Assembly (NCBI GenBank): GCA_963734545.1
Contig: CAVTHO010000010.1
Coordinates: 153,060 to 217,059 of the forward strand
Length of the DNA: 64,000 nt
Origin: an uncultured Spirochaetota bacterium
Lineage (GTDB): Bacteria; Spirochaetota; Spirochaetia; SZUA-6; Fen-1364
Direction: 5' to 3'
The notes under the pieces were generated by a model. It was given only the letters and a program-made list of their open reading frames with translations. It had not been told where the DNA came from and did not search any database. Below are positions 42,207-52,049 of this stretch, piece after piece. The stretch's first letter is position 1. Every line of letters begins with the position of its first letter. A program made the translations under genes and the position numbers.

Positions 42207-43814
42207 CTAAAAGCTCATGTTTTGTTTCCAGGCTTCCAGGAAATCAGCCTTCGGATACCGGCAGAGAAAAAAAGGTATATCGTATCCCATATAAATGCTG
42301 AATGAGTTGTAGCTGCTACCGTAACTCAATACTCCCCTTTCAGCAACGTATTGGAAATAGTCCCTCATTGGGACATAGCCCATGGTCGTCGGCAACACAA
42401 TTGCCACTTCCGGGGGCCCGCTGGAGCTGAATCGCTCCTCCCCCCATATTTGATAGGCATGATGATTGCTGACCGCATCGGGAAGGCCATATTCTTCCCC
42501 GAGCACGTCGATAGCGCCCGCATCCCAATAGTTGGCAGCCCATATCACGCACTTCTTCTGATCCACTTCCCGCATGTTCTGATAAACCATGGCCACCGGC
42601 TTGACCATCTCCGGCCATCCCAACGAGAATTTGAAGTGATGCGGTATTGCCCCGGGCTGGTAGTCATTGTCTCTGACAAAAGCGGGGACGCGGTTTACCC
42701 AATAGAGCACCAGGTCGTGAATGGGCAAGATCGGCAGAGAGCCCGGGGCAAGCAACGCCGCGCCGACCACAACGATTCCCACATACGCCCACTTGAACCA
42801 GGAAATGATCTTTTGCTTCGCGGCAGCAATCAATCTTTCAAGCCAGACGGCGCCGGCCGCCATTATCGGGAAGCAGGCCGATACGATCTGCCGCGATTCC
42901 AATTTCATCAAGCCGGTGTAGAATAATGTCAGAACAAGAAAGGTGAAGCCAAGGATCCGGTATTTCCGTCCTTCCCCATGGAACAGGAGATACACCAACC
43001 CCAGCAGGAGGACCGGGGCAAGGAAAAGATTGATATGGAGGGCAAGTGAAACGAAAAACGGCCCGGGTTTCGGGTGAGGCCTGCCGGGGCTCAAAGCATA
43101 ACTATGGAAATAGGCGAGCACGGGCCAGCCATGAACAGACTGCCACACCAGGAAGGGCGTGCAGATCAACGCCGCAATGCCAAGGGCAAGCCACGGCCAG
43201 ACGGTGAGGAAGCTTTTCCGCCGTGAAGTCAAAAGCAGGGAGATCACGAGAGCCGCGCATGCATAGATCGCTGACAGCTTGGTCATGGCGCCGAGCCCGG
43301 CGACAACCCCCAGGAGAAGCCATCGTTTCGGTGTTTCCTTGTTGATGACCCGCACCACAAGGTAGAAAAGGATGATGGTGCAGAGTTGATCAAAGGGATC
43401 ATACGTGAAAACGGAGTTGAGGAACAGAATGTAGGGAGCCACCAAAACTGCCAGGGCGCTCAACCACTGGGCGAACCGGCCCCCGCCGAGCTCCCGGGCC
43501 GTCAATCCGGCCAAATAGACCATGACCGCTCCGGCGACAGCGGGCAGGATATGAATGGCAAACATCGAAGTACCGAGGAGAAATCGGTTGATGGCCGCCA
43601 GATAGGATGTCAATGGCGGAACATCCGCATAGCCGAAATCGAGATGCTTTGTCATCGCCAGCCAATAAAATTCATCTCCAAAATAGCCATAACCTATGCT
43701 GGTCAATAAATGGATCATCAGTTTTGCCAGTGCCAAATAGACAAGAATGGCGCTATCACCCTGCAAGAATTGGCGGGTCCAGAACCTGGTTTTAAGATTG
43801 TTGAAAAGATCCAT
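42207..43814 (-). CDS. GT39/ArnT-like (GT-C fold) membrane glycosyltransferase
   Basis: GYFGDEFYW, GYADVPPL, multiple TM segments, GAMTKLS, PFLVWQ. Confidence 0.88.
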   Translation of the reverse strand: MDLFNNLKTRFWTRQFLQGDSAILVYLALAKLMIHLLTSIGYGYFGDEFYWLAMTKHLDFGYADVPPLTSYLAAINRFLLGTSMFAIHILPAVAGAVMVYLAGLTARELGGGRFAQWLSALAVLVAPYILFLNSVFTYDPFDQLCTIILFYLVVRVINKETPKRWLLLGVVAGLGAMTKLSAIYACAALVISLLLTSRRKSFLTVWPWLALGIAALICTPFLVWQSVHGWPVLAYFHSYALSPGRPHPKPGPFFVSLALHINLFLAPVLLLGLVYLLFHGEGRKYRILGFTFLVLTLFYTGLMKLESRQIVSACFPIMAAGAVWLERLIAAAKQKIISWFKWAYVGIVVVGAALLAPGSLPILPIHDLVLYWVNRVPAFVRDNDYQPGAIPHHFKFSLGWPEMVKPVAMVYQNMREVDQKKCVIWAANYWDAGAIDVLGEEYGLPDAVSNHHAYQIWGEERFSSSGPPEVAIVLPTTMGYVPMRDYFQYVAERGVLSYGSSYNSFSIYMGYDIPFFLCRYPKADFLEAWKQNMSF

Positions 43815-44006
43815 GATCGCGCCACCTTTTATCAATAAATGTTTGACAGCACTCTATTGACTGGCGGTGTGCCATGTCTTTAGACAGATCGGCTATTATG
43901 TGCACTTTTCGGGCGGTCGGACGGTCACGGACCGGCGCTCCTCCCGGCTCACCGTTGATCTTTTCCCGGCAATTCGATACGCCTTTTTGGGGAGCGGAGC
44001 GCGGGA

Positions 44007-44966
44007 ATGAAGGACCTGGCGGAGTTTCTCAGGCAGGAACACCTTGGGCGCATCAACAGGGTAATCGACTACATAGATTCCCACCTCGACCGTGCTTTCA
44101 GCCTGGAGGAGCTCGCGGGCGTGGCGTGCTTCTCCCGATTTCATTTCCACAGGATTTTCTCCTACGCGGTGGGGGAAACCCTTGGGGACTATATCCGCCG
44201 TATCCGCCTGGAGCGGGCGGGAAGCTTCCTGGTGCTCCATCCCAGGGATTCCATCACCACCATTTCCATGGAGTGCGGGTTCTCCTCTCCCAGCATGTTT
44301 GCGCGGGCGTTCAAGCAGCGGTTCGGGATGAGCGCCTCCGAATGGAGGGAGGGGGGGTGGCGCAATAGCAAGCTGTGCAAAGCGCAGAGCAAGGATGAAC
44401 AAGAGGAAAGCAAGACCGGAGAAGCGGTGGACGGCCGCGTTTCGTATCCTCTGTGGCGAAAAGCCAAACCAAGGAGGATCGAAATGAGCAAGCTGAAGTA
44501 CGGGGTGGAGGTCAAGGAGATGCCGGAGCTGCACGTCGCCTACATCCGCCACATCGGGCCGTACAACCAGGTCGGAGAAGCGATGCAGCGGTTGTTCAAG
44601 TGGGCGGCACCCCGGGGCCTCTTGCACTTTCCGGAGACGCAGCCGCTTACCGTCTATCGGGACGATACGAAAACAACGGAGGCGGAGAAACTCCGCTCCG
44701 ACGCGTGCATCACTGTTCCAAAGGGCACAAAAGTGGACGGCGAGGTGGGCCTCATGACCGTCCCAGGCGGGAAGTTCGCCGTGGGACACTTTGAGATCGA
44801 CGGGACGCAGTTCGGCGACGCTTGGGACGCCCTGCTCGGGGAATGGATGCCTTCATCCGGATATCAATCCGACAGCCGTATGTGCTATGAGCTGTACCTC
44901 AACGATCCACAGGGTCCTCAGAAGAAGTTCTTCGTGGACATCTGCGAGCCGGTGAAACCCCTTTAG
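44007..44966 (+). CDS. AraC-family regulator with C-terminal GyrI-like effector domain
   Basis: LEELAGVACFSRFHFHRIF, CGFSSPSMFARAFKQRFG; C-terminal YIRHIGPY...YELYLNDP. Confidence 0.93.
   Translation: MKDLAEFLRQEHLGRINRVIDYIDSHLDRAFSLEELAGVACFSRFHFHRIFSYAVGETLGDYIRRIRLERAGSFLVLHPRDSITTISMECGFSSPSMFARAFKQRFGMSASEWREGGWRNSKLCKAQSKDEQEESKTGEAVDGRVSYPLWRKAKPRRIEMSKLKYGVEVKEMPELHVAYIRHIGPYNQVGEAMQRLFKWAAPRGLLHFPETQPLTVYRDDTKTTEAEKLRSDACITVPKGTKVDGEVGLMTVPGGKFAVGHFEIDGTQFGDAWDALLGEWMPSSGYQSDSRMCYELYLNDPQGPQKKFFVDICEPVKPL
44367..44486 (+). promoter_or_regulatory. Putative intragenic operator array, -10 box, RBS and internal start for the GyrI domain
   Basis: AGCAAG at 44367, 44388 and 44409 (21-bp period); TATCCT 44445-44450; AGGAGG 44472-44477; in-frame ATG 44484. 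Confidence 0.6.
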
Positions 44967-44993
44967 AGTCGGGCACACCCAATGCGTTGCTGC

Positions 44994-45812
44994 TCATGGT
45001 TGCGCGCAGTAGATCACCAGACTGCCGGACTCACCTGCCAGAAGCCTCCACGATTGCACGGCCGCGCCGACAGTGACGTCGCTGAGACGCAGCTGTGCCG
45101 TGTTGGGCGAGGACGTGCCTTCGTTCAGCGCCATCACTCGAAGCTCGTTGGAGCCGGAAAGCAGGTCCAGGGAAAAGACGGTGCCGGCGCCCCCTACCAG
45201 GGTATGATTGTCGATCACCTTTGCCCCGTTCAAGAACACGTCCACCCGATCGCCGTCCACGAGTGAGCCGTCATCGGTCAGGGTAATGGAGATATGCCGG
45301 GCATTGACCGTCACGTCCGCCAAACCGGAATTGTTACCAGTCCGAACGATCTGGAAAGCCGGAGAATAGCGCTCCCCGAGGATGCTCGTCTGGATGACGC
45401 CATCAACAATCGTCAACTTCGCCTGGAAATAGTCCGCGTCGTGCAGCTCGATATCCAGAGGGACGGTCCAGGTGTACGCGCCGGCATCGGCGGCGTAGTT
45501 CAGCAAAGTAGCCTCGTAGCGAGCGTTGTTGCGAAACACTTCCAGCCGCACCAGACTTCCTACCGGTGCAGGTTCCCAGGCAAAGGTCACGTCCATGTTC
45601 GGACTCAGTGGTGCGCCCGTGCCCTTACCGGCCCAGTCGACGGTGATTGCATAGGTGGTTCCCGGCGGGGCAATGGGATCGCCCCATCCGGCGACGAGCC
45701 CGTCCTGGTTTCGGGCATGAAACCGATCATGCAGCATGCAGCCCGACGCAACCGCCCCCACAACGAGGAGCAAGAACCCAAGCTTCAGCTCAATTGTCGT
45801 TCTCACTCCCAA
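44994..45812 (-). CDS. Hypothetical exported (possible lipoprotein) beta-sandwich protein
   Basis: Hydrophobic N-terminus ending ASGC; C-terminal DGDRVDVFLNG...ALNEGTSSPNTA module. Confidence 0.7.
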   Translation of the reverse strand: MGVRTTIELKLGFLLLVVGAVASGCMLHDRFHARNQDGLVAGWGDPIAPPGTTYAITVDWAGKGTGAPLSPNMDVTFAWEPAPVGSLVRLEVFRNNARYEATLLNYAADAGAYTWTVPLDIELHDADYFQAKLTIVDGVIQTSILGERYSPAFQIVRTGNNSGLADVTVNARHISITLTDDGSLVDGDRVDVFLNGAKVIDNHTLVGGAGTVFSLDLLSGSNELRVMALNEGTSSPNTAQLRLSDVTVGAAVQSWRLLAGESGSLVIYCAQP

Positions 45813-46334
45813 TGCAACACGTTCCGGTTCGAATTACGTTCCCCGAATTGACTCCCGTCCCGGTGGGGGGCATCTTCACCCCCGAAGACCCGGCCGAAGC
45901 TGCGAAGTTCGCTTCGCTCGCCCACGCGCTTGCATGGCGGGTCGCCGACGGCCTGTCTCAGGGCAGGATCATCGACTGGCTCATTGAGAAGATTCTGTTT
46001 GGTGAAGGGAGGGAAGAGCTGGTGGAAGATCAGGCGCCGCCGAGACTCGATTTCCACGGCCGGGCAAGAGCTCTTTCTCCTCGTTTGCGCGACGGCGGTT
46101 CTCCTCGTCACTCCGCCTGCCCATGCCGAGGAGGCTTGCCATTCCTGGTGCCACCACCGACAAGTCGGCCCTCAGCTCGACGACGGCCCGCTCTGCTACC
46201 GCAAAATCGCTCCCGTGGCGCTGGCGCCGCCCGACCGGCCAGATTCGCGCCCACCCGCAGTTCACTTTCCCAAGCGGCGACCATGCCCATCGGAATCGTC
46301 TTTCCCATCACTCGCTTCCCCGACTGTTTCCCGC

Positions 46335-47225
46335 CTACTCCCGACCCACTTCCGCTTTGAGATTTTTCCCAAAGAACTCCCATAGTCTCTCGTCATCGTA
46401 GAAGTTCTCGTGTCCTGCACCTCTCTGTACGATCAGGGTGTGGGATGCTCCGACTTTCTTCATCCTTGCATCGAGAAGCTCAGCTTGCTCCAAAGGTACT
46501 TCCTGGTCCCTGTCTCCATTCATCATGAGGACAGGTGGGCTGGTGGCTCTTGCATAGGTGATGGGGCTTGCTTGTCTGTACAGTTCAGGCAGCTCTTGAG
46601 CGGAGCCGCCGAGCAATTGCCTCAGGATATCGGCGTCCACAGGAGGGCAGCTCCCCAGTTCCGTCGGCCCCGCCAGACTGACGATCGCCTGCACACGACT
46701 GGAAAACGCCATGTTATCGTCTGCGCCCTCAAGGCCGTCAGCCGGCTCGGTCAAGCCTAGCATCAAGGCCAAATAGGCGCCGGCCGAGAACCCGAGCGCG
46801 CCGATGTGGTCGGCATCGAGCTGGTATTTCCCCGCATTGGCTCGCAACCATCGCACTGCACACTTCACGTCATGGACCTGCGCGGGAAAGCGGGATCCGG
46901 CCTTGCCGGAAGTCAATCGATAGTCGATCGTCACAGCGACAAAGCCCTTCTCTGCAGCCTCCTGAATCGCGCGCTCGAATTCGGATCTGCTGCCCTCACG
47001 CCATCCGCCGCTGTGGATGAAAACCAGGGCCGGGAAGGGCCCAGTGCCCACTGCCGGACGGGCGATGTCGAGCTTGAGGTCAACTTCGCCGCCCTTCCCA
47101 TACGTGATTCCCCTTTCGAGGATCGTTCGCACCCGGCCGCTTGAAGGCGCCTGGAGAAATAGGCATGCGATCAGGAAGACGCCGAACAAGGCAATATGCA
47201 CGGGTCCTCTGTTACGCGCGACCAT
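46335..47225 (-). CDS. Alpha/beta hydrolase (HSL/BD-FAE-like esterase)
   Basis: HSGGW, GFSAG, NGDRDQEVP, GAGH. Confidence 0.9.
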   Translation of the reverse strand: MVARNRGPVHIALFGVFLIACLFLQAPSSGRVRTILERGITYGKGGEVDLKLDIARPAVGTGPFPALVFIHSGGWREGSRSEFERAIQEAAEKGFVAVTIDYRLTSGKAGSRFPAQVHDVKCAVRWLRANAGKYQLDADHIGALGFSAGAYLALMLGLTEPADGLEGADDNMAFSSRVQAIVSLAGPTELGSCPPVDADILRQLLGGSAQELPELYRQASPITYARATSPPVLMMNGDRDQEVPLEQAELLDARMKKVGASHTLIVQRGAGHENFYDDERLWEFFGKNLKAEVGRE

Positions 47226-47305
47226 ACCTCTTCCTTCTCTCGAACGAAGCGGAGAGGGTCCGGGTTCCGAACACCCTGCTGAGGCTGCTCTTTTGCTTTG
47301 CGCCC

Positions 47306-48442
47306 TCATGGAGCGCTCACGCCGACAAAGACAACACAGTAGGGGTTCATCCCGACGTCGAAGGGTGAGCCGTCTACTGGCACAAGAGCGCCGCTGCTGG
47401 ACCTGATCCTGTAGACAGACAGCTTTCCGCTGCCATTATTCGTCACGCAGAGAAACTTCCCCGTCGGGTCGAGCGCGAGTTCTTTGGGAATCGATCCGGT
47501 TGCGAAAGGCGAGCCGCTTATCGCTCTGAGGGCACCGCTGCGGGCATTGATCCCGTACACAGAGACGCTGTCGTCAAGGTTGTTCGTTGCATAGAGGAAC
47601 TCCCCCTTCGGATCTACTGCGAGTCGAAAGGGGCTGGGACCAGCGAACGGAGAGCCAGGCGCCGCGAGAAGAGCCCCCGTGCTCGAGTCGATCGCAAATG
47701 CCGCAATATCCGCGCTGCCATTGTCTGCCACGTAGAGGAACTTTCCCGCCGGGTCCACAGCGATTCCCGTGGGGGATGTGCCCGCGGCGAAGGGCGAGCC
47801 TCTCAGCTCGGTGAGTGTCCCTGTGTCGAGGCTGATCCTGTATGCGGAGACGTTGCTGCTGCGACCATTTGCCACGTAAAGGTATCTCCCCTTCGGGTCG
47901 GCAGCGATGGCAGAGGAGCCCGAGCCGGCGGCGAAAGGCGAGCTGCTCACCTCCGTGAGCGCCCCGCTGTTCGGGTTGATCACATACGCCGAGACGGAGC
48001 CAGGCGCGTCACGGACGCCACTGTTCGCCACGTACAGGTACTTCCCCGTCGGGTCTACCGCGACGTTGAAGGGGCTGGGCCCGGCATACGGTGATTCACG
48101 TACGGCAGTCAGCGCTCCCGAGCCTGTGTCGATCGTGAAGGCAAATACTTCCATGCCGCCCACAACGCCCACGACATTTTCTGCCACGTACACGAACCTC
48201 CCCAGCGGATCTGCCGCAATGCCCGTGGGGCGCCTTCCCGCGTTGAAAGGCGAGCCGCTGACCGGGGTGAGCGCTCCGGTGTTCGGGTCCATCGCGTATG
48301 CCGAGAGGTTGGCGCCCGCGACGTCGGCGTAGTAGGTGATGATTCTTGTGACGTAGAGAAAGCAGCGAGGTGTCTGGGCGTACGCGGAAGCCAAAGTGAA
48401 TAGAGACGCAAGCGCGATGAGAATAGCGATACGCTTTTTCAT
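47306..48442 (-). CDS. Exported lactonase-family beta-propeller protein
   Basis: Signal peptide; ~7 repeats of P..(I/L)A.DPxG(K/R)(F/Y)LYV.N...TGALTxVxGSPF. Confidence 0.88.
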   Translation of the reverse strand: MKKRIAILIALASLFTLASAYAQTPRCFLYVTRIITYYADVAGANLSAYAMDPNTGALTPVSGSPFNAGRRPTGIAADPLGRFVYVAENVVGVVGGMEVFAFTIDTGSGALTAVRESPYAGPSPFNVAVDPTGKYLYVANSGVRDAPGSVSAYVINPNSGALTEVSSSPFAAGSGSSAIAADPKGRYLYVANGRSSNVSAYRISLDTGTLTELRGSPFAAGTSPTGIAVDPAGKFLYVADNGSADIAAFAIDSSTGALLAAPGSPFAGPSPFRLAVDPKGEFLYATNNLDDSVSVYGINARSGALRAISGSPFATGSIPKELALDPTGKFLCVTNNGSGKLSVYRIRSSSGALVPVDGSPFDVGMNPYCVVFVGVSAP

Positions 48443-48522
48443 CTTTTTCCCTCCTTCCCTCGATTCGTCTGTCCAATGAACGCAGCCAGGCGGAGGTCAC
48501 CGGATGTCTCGGCCCTCTCTCT

Positions 48523-48963
48523 TTACTTGCCCGTCCGGTACATGATGCGATAGACACTCCCCGCCGGATCGATTTTGGTGGGGAAATCGCCAGAAGAGAA
48601 ATCCGCGACTTCCTTTGCCATCAACTCCAGAACCGTGCCAGCCTTGCTTATCTTTTGAAGCGTGAGGTACTTGCCGTCAGTCCGTGCCGCTTGGGTTTTG
48701 TACCAGGAATTGCCCTCTGAATCCGTCCGGCGGTCGACGATCTTCTCCGTTCCCTGAGCGACAGGAATTGTGTCCGATACAAGCGCATAGTCCTTGAACC
48801 CGCCCGGAAAACGGACTGCCTTCTGGGGGAAAGCGCTCTTGTTCTCAAAAGTGCCATAGAACATCTCTTTAGGCCCTAGTACTGGCACAACGACCGTCAC
48901 TCCAAAGAGGAGCAAGGCCACCAACACTGCGCTGGCGCCGAAAAGTATCAATCGAGTTTTCAT
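48523..48963 (-). CDS. Hypothetical membrane-anchored protein
   Basis: N-terminal hydrophobic segment; closely follows the M56 gene. Confidence 0.7.
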   Translation of the reverse strand: MKTRLILFGASAVLVALLLFGVTVVVPVLGPKEMFYGTFENKSAFPQKAVRFPGGFKDYALVSDTIPVAQGTEKIVDRRTDSEGNSWYKTQAARTDGKYLTLQKISKAGTVLELMAKEVADFSSGDFPTKIDPAGSVYRIMYRTGK

Positions 48964-48966
48964 CTG

Positions 48967-50454
48967 CTAGCCCTTTTCGTGGTCATTTGCGTAGTCAGCT
49001 TTCGTCACGAGCCAAATCTGGTTTTCCTTCTTGAGCGCAAAGGTGTAGTCAGCAAGGTAGTCACCTGTCTCAAGGAGGAGCGTCACGGCTGCCGTTTCGC
49101 CGTTCACCGATATCTTGGGGTCATAGTACTTTTCAAACTTGAAAATGCGGAAATTGAGCCGAAGTATGTTCTGGCACTGCTGCGATCCGATCGCGTATCT
49201 CGAATCCACGCCGCAGGGGTGATAGGTGGCGCCCTCTGCAAACAGTGAAAGGAGCTTCTGCAAGTCATGTGAATTGAACGCTGTTTCGTATTGGATCAAC
49301 GTATTGAGGATCGCCGCCTCGTCCGCGTCTTTTGCCGGATATTCCGCGAGGTAGAGCTTCCCATATTTCCTTGATGTCTGACCTGCCGTATCTAGACCCG
49401 CAGCACTTCCTACCACAAGAGCGCCCAGAAGAAGCGCAGTGAGAGCGAAGAGAATGACGCCCTTCTTCACGGAGTGACCTGCTCTGAGAATCGACCGGAT
49501 CCTGTCCTGAAGGATGCGCCTCCTTCTTCTCGAGAAGCTGAGGCCTGCGAACAGCACCGGCTCGCGACTGAATTGCGCCGCATCGAGGATGCATGTGGCG
49601 TACGCGTGACGCTTCACACCGCTTTGAACCACAGCCGCGTCGCACGCTTTCTCCTGCTCCAGGTAGAGCCTCGCATAGGCGGCCCAGACCGGCGGGACGA
49701 ACCACAGAAGCGAGCATATTCCGTAGGCGACGGCCAGTGAGAAGGAATCTCCGCGCTGGACATGACGCAGTTCATGGAGCAGCACGGATCGCTTGGCGGC
49801 GGTGGACCACGCTCTCATGCCCGCCGGCAGAACAATGACCCGCCGGACAATTCCGTGGGTGAGAGGAGTAGGACATCTCGCGCTTTCGAGAACGCGAACC
49901 TCCCGGCTGATTCCCACGCGCCGCGAAAGACTCAGCACGAGGCGCGCATACTGCCCTGCGTGATCTCTTTGCCCCCTTTGTGTAAGGCTCAGGAGCTGAA
50001 ATCTGCCCCAAAGGATTCTGAGCCAGCCGGACAAGGCGCCCACCAGCCAGAGAAACAGAAGAGCTGCTGGCCATGCATCGATCCCGGGTCTCCCGAGAGA
50101 CGCCCGGCGCCATATCTCGGCCGCGAGGGGAGACATGCCCTCGGCTGAAGTGCTCGTCGCGGGGAGAAGCGCTGAAGAAATCGCGACAAACGCCTCCCTG
50201 TGCGCTGCCGGCAAAGGGGGTGCTGCAAGCTGGAACAGCGGGCCGTTGATCGACAGAATGAGAGCAAGAAAGCAGCCACCGATCGTCGAGAGCCATAGGG
50301 CGTGCTTCAGCTTTGCTCCGATGCCTTTGATGACCTTTGCGGCAATGAATGCGAACGCGATGAAGACCGACGCCTTGACGGAGGCGGCCAGCAAGACCAG
50401 GAGCAAAGGGCACGCAAGCCGGACTGCCGCCTGAAGGATCAAGGATTCTGTCAT
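48967..50454 (-). CDS. BlaR1/MecR1-like M56 metallopeptidase with C-terminal NTF2/SnoaL-like domain
   Basis: VLLHELRHVQRGD, EKACD; C-terminal YETAFNSHDLQKLLSLFAEGA. Confidence 0.88.
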   Translation of the reverse strand: MTESLILQAAVRLACPLLLVLLAASVKASVFIAFAFIAAKVIKGIGAKLKHALWLSTIGGCFLALILSINGPLFQLAAPPLPAAHREAFVAISSALLPATSTSAEGMSPLAAEIWRRASLGRPGIDAWPAALLFLWLVGALSGWLRILWGRFQLLSLTQRGQRDHAGQYARLVLSLSRRVGISREVRVLESARCPTPLTHGIVRRVIVLPAGMRAWSTAAKRSVLLHELRHVQRGDSFSLAVAYGICSLLWFVPPVWAAYARLYLEQEKACDAAVVQSGVKRHAYATCILDAAQFSREPVLFAGLSFSRRRRRILQDRIRSILRAGHSVKKGVILFALTALLLGALVVGSAAGLDTAGQTSRKYGKLYLAEYPAKDADEAAILNTLIQYETAFNSHDLQKLLSLFAEGATYHPCGVDSRYAIGSQQCQNILRLNFRIFKFEKYYDPKISVNGETAAVTLLLETGDYLADYTFALKKENQIWLVTKADYANDHEKG

Positions 50455-50837
50455 GATGAATCCTCCATTTTCGATTGCTCGATTGCCCGGATGAGCAGCC
50501 GCACATCGTCGTCGCTGAGGTCCTTCGCACGCAGCTGCACCATAGCTGCCACTGCCTCGTAGAGGGAATCGGCAAAATAGGTGCTCAGGAGGTGCTTCAA
50601 TGCATTCTTGATCGCCCTGGCGCGCGGGATGGTGGAACTATAGATGTATTTCTTCCCACGCTTGGCGTGCTTGAGGTGGCCCTTCCGTTCGAGCACATTC
50701 ACTATGACACGGACAGCCGAATAGCCGGCAGGTTGCGGCATTGCGCTTCGGATTTCTTCGACTGATGCGCTGGATTTCCTATAGACGATCTCCATGACCT
50801 GTCGTTCCCGTCTGCTGAGGCTGCTGGAATGCGGCAC
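50451..50837 (-). CDS. BlaI/MecI/CopY family repressor
   Basis: LSRRERQVMEIVY, YSAVRVIVNVLERKGHL; GGAGG RBS before GTG 50837. Confidence 0.92.
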   Translation of the reverse strand: MPHSSSLSRRERQVMEIVYRKSSASVEEIRSAMPQPAGYSAVRVIVNVLERKGHLKHAKRGKKYIYSSTIPRARAIKNALKHLLSTYFADSLYEAVAAMVQLRAKDLSDDDVRLLIRAIEQSKMEDSS

Positions 50838-50855
50838 CCCGTACCTCCCCTTTTG

Positions 50856-50919
50856 GTGCTTATTTCTAAGCACGTAAAAGACGGAATGTCAAGCGGTATC
50901 TGCTTTTTTTTAAGCAGAT
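50856..50919. promoter_or_regulatory. Two BlaI-type operator palindromes around the promoter
   Basis: GTGCTTA-N4-TAAGCAC (50856-50873) and ATCTGCTT-N6-AAGCAGAT (50898-50919) flank TTGACA (50892-50887, minus strand). Confidence 0.75.
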
Positions 50920-50921
50920 TT

Positions 50922-51990
50922 TCAAAGGCTGCTCAAGGTGGGACCCGCGAGATGCCCGCTTGAGGCCTTGGGAAGGCCATAGGCTTCGCCAAGCAGGTCC
51001 ACGGCGCCGGCGATACCATAGCTTCCCGTCATGATGATGCAGTCCGCCTTCTCAGCTTCTGGCAGGCCGTCATATACGGATGCGACGGTCTTCACCATGG
51101 AATCCCACCCGAACCTGTCCGCAATGAACTGCGGAAGCTCGAAGGTCCGGCCGTTGTCCGTCTTCACGGCACCAAGAAGGAAGGAGGCTCCCCTGACGTA
51201 TCTGACCAGGGATTCCACCGGAAGGATGGGAAGCGCAATGGGGAGCATGATCGCCGCGGCAAGCACTACTGCGACGCAATACGCCGGCCGAGCCACCGGC
51301 GGGCGTCTGATGTGAACCTCTCCAGGAAGACCGCACCGCATGCAAATAGAGGAATGAAAGAGGCAGTCATCATGTAGAACTTGGCCCTGGTGAGCGTGCA
51401 GATGAGAAAGAGAATCGGGGTCATCCACCCGACCGTCCTGTATTGCCTTCGGGACTCTGAAAAAAGGAAGAAAAGCCCGGCCAGCCATACCGGAAGCGTC
51501 AGCGGATTCACGGTAATGATCTGCATGACAAGGAACTCCAGCGGGTTTGCGTGGTGGGTCCTGAACCTCCCATACACTCCCCAGTAGTCTATCACCGGCC
51601 AACCGTGCTGGTACTGCCAGAGGATATAGGGAGCGAAGATGGCGAGCGCAATCGCTCCTCCGATCCACAATCCAGCCTGCGCGAAGAAGGTCCGCCTTTG
51701 CGACAGGGCAAGCCCTACGAGGAACGAAAGACCGTAGAAAAGCATGGAGCCTTTCGTCATGAGGCCCGCGCCCGCCACGACTCCGAACAGGATCCAGTCC
51801 TTGAGCGCGGGCTTCTCCTGCCCCAGAAGGCCCACGATGACGTAGAAGAACATCACCATCACGAGCTGGTCGAAGCCGTCGTAGGCGATCCACGAATTGA
51901 AGATGAGCCACATGGGGCCGAGGGCCACCAGGATTGCGGCGAACGCCTGCGCAAACCTTCCCCCGCCCAGCCTGCCTACGGCCTTGCGAC
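50922..51990 (-). pseudogene. Truncated, frameshifted GT39 paralog
   Basis: LGGGRFAQ, YDGFDQL, GLMTK, RFGWDSMV and AGAVDLLGEAYGLP align with 42207-43814; both termini missing, frameshift near 51300. Confidence 0.78.
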
Positions 51991-52049
51991 ATGGTCGCCG
52001 TGGGCTGCCTTACTTCCGCGGAGGCCGACGAGAACGTGGAAATCGGGCT

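Noticed and set aside
45813-46334. Possible small gene or ncRNA in the gap before the esterase stop
   Set aside because: Only short protein-like stretches with no clear start or RBS and no convincing structure; cannot be supported
47306-48442. Internal ~140-bp periodicity as a mobile or regulatory repeat
   Set aside because: Explained by beta-propeller blade repeats in the protein
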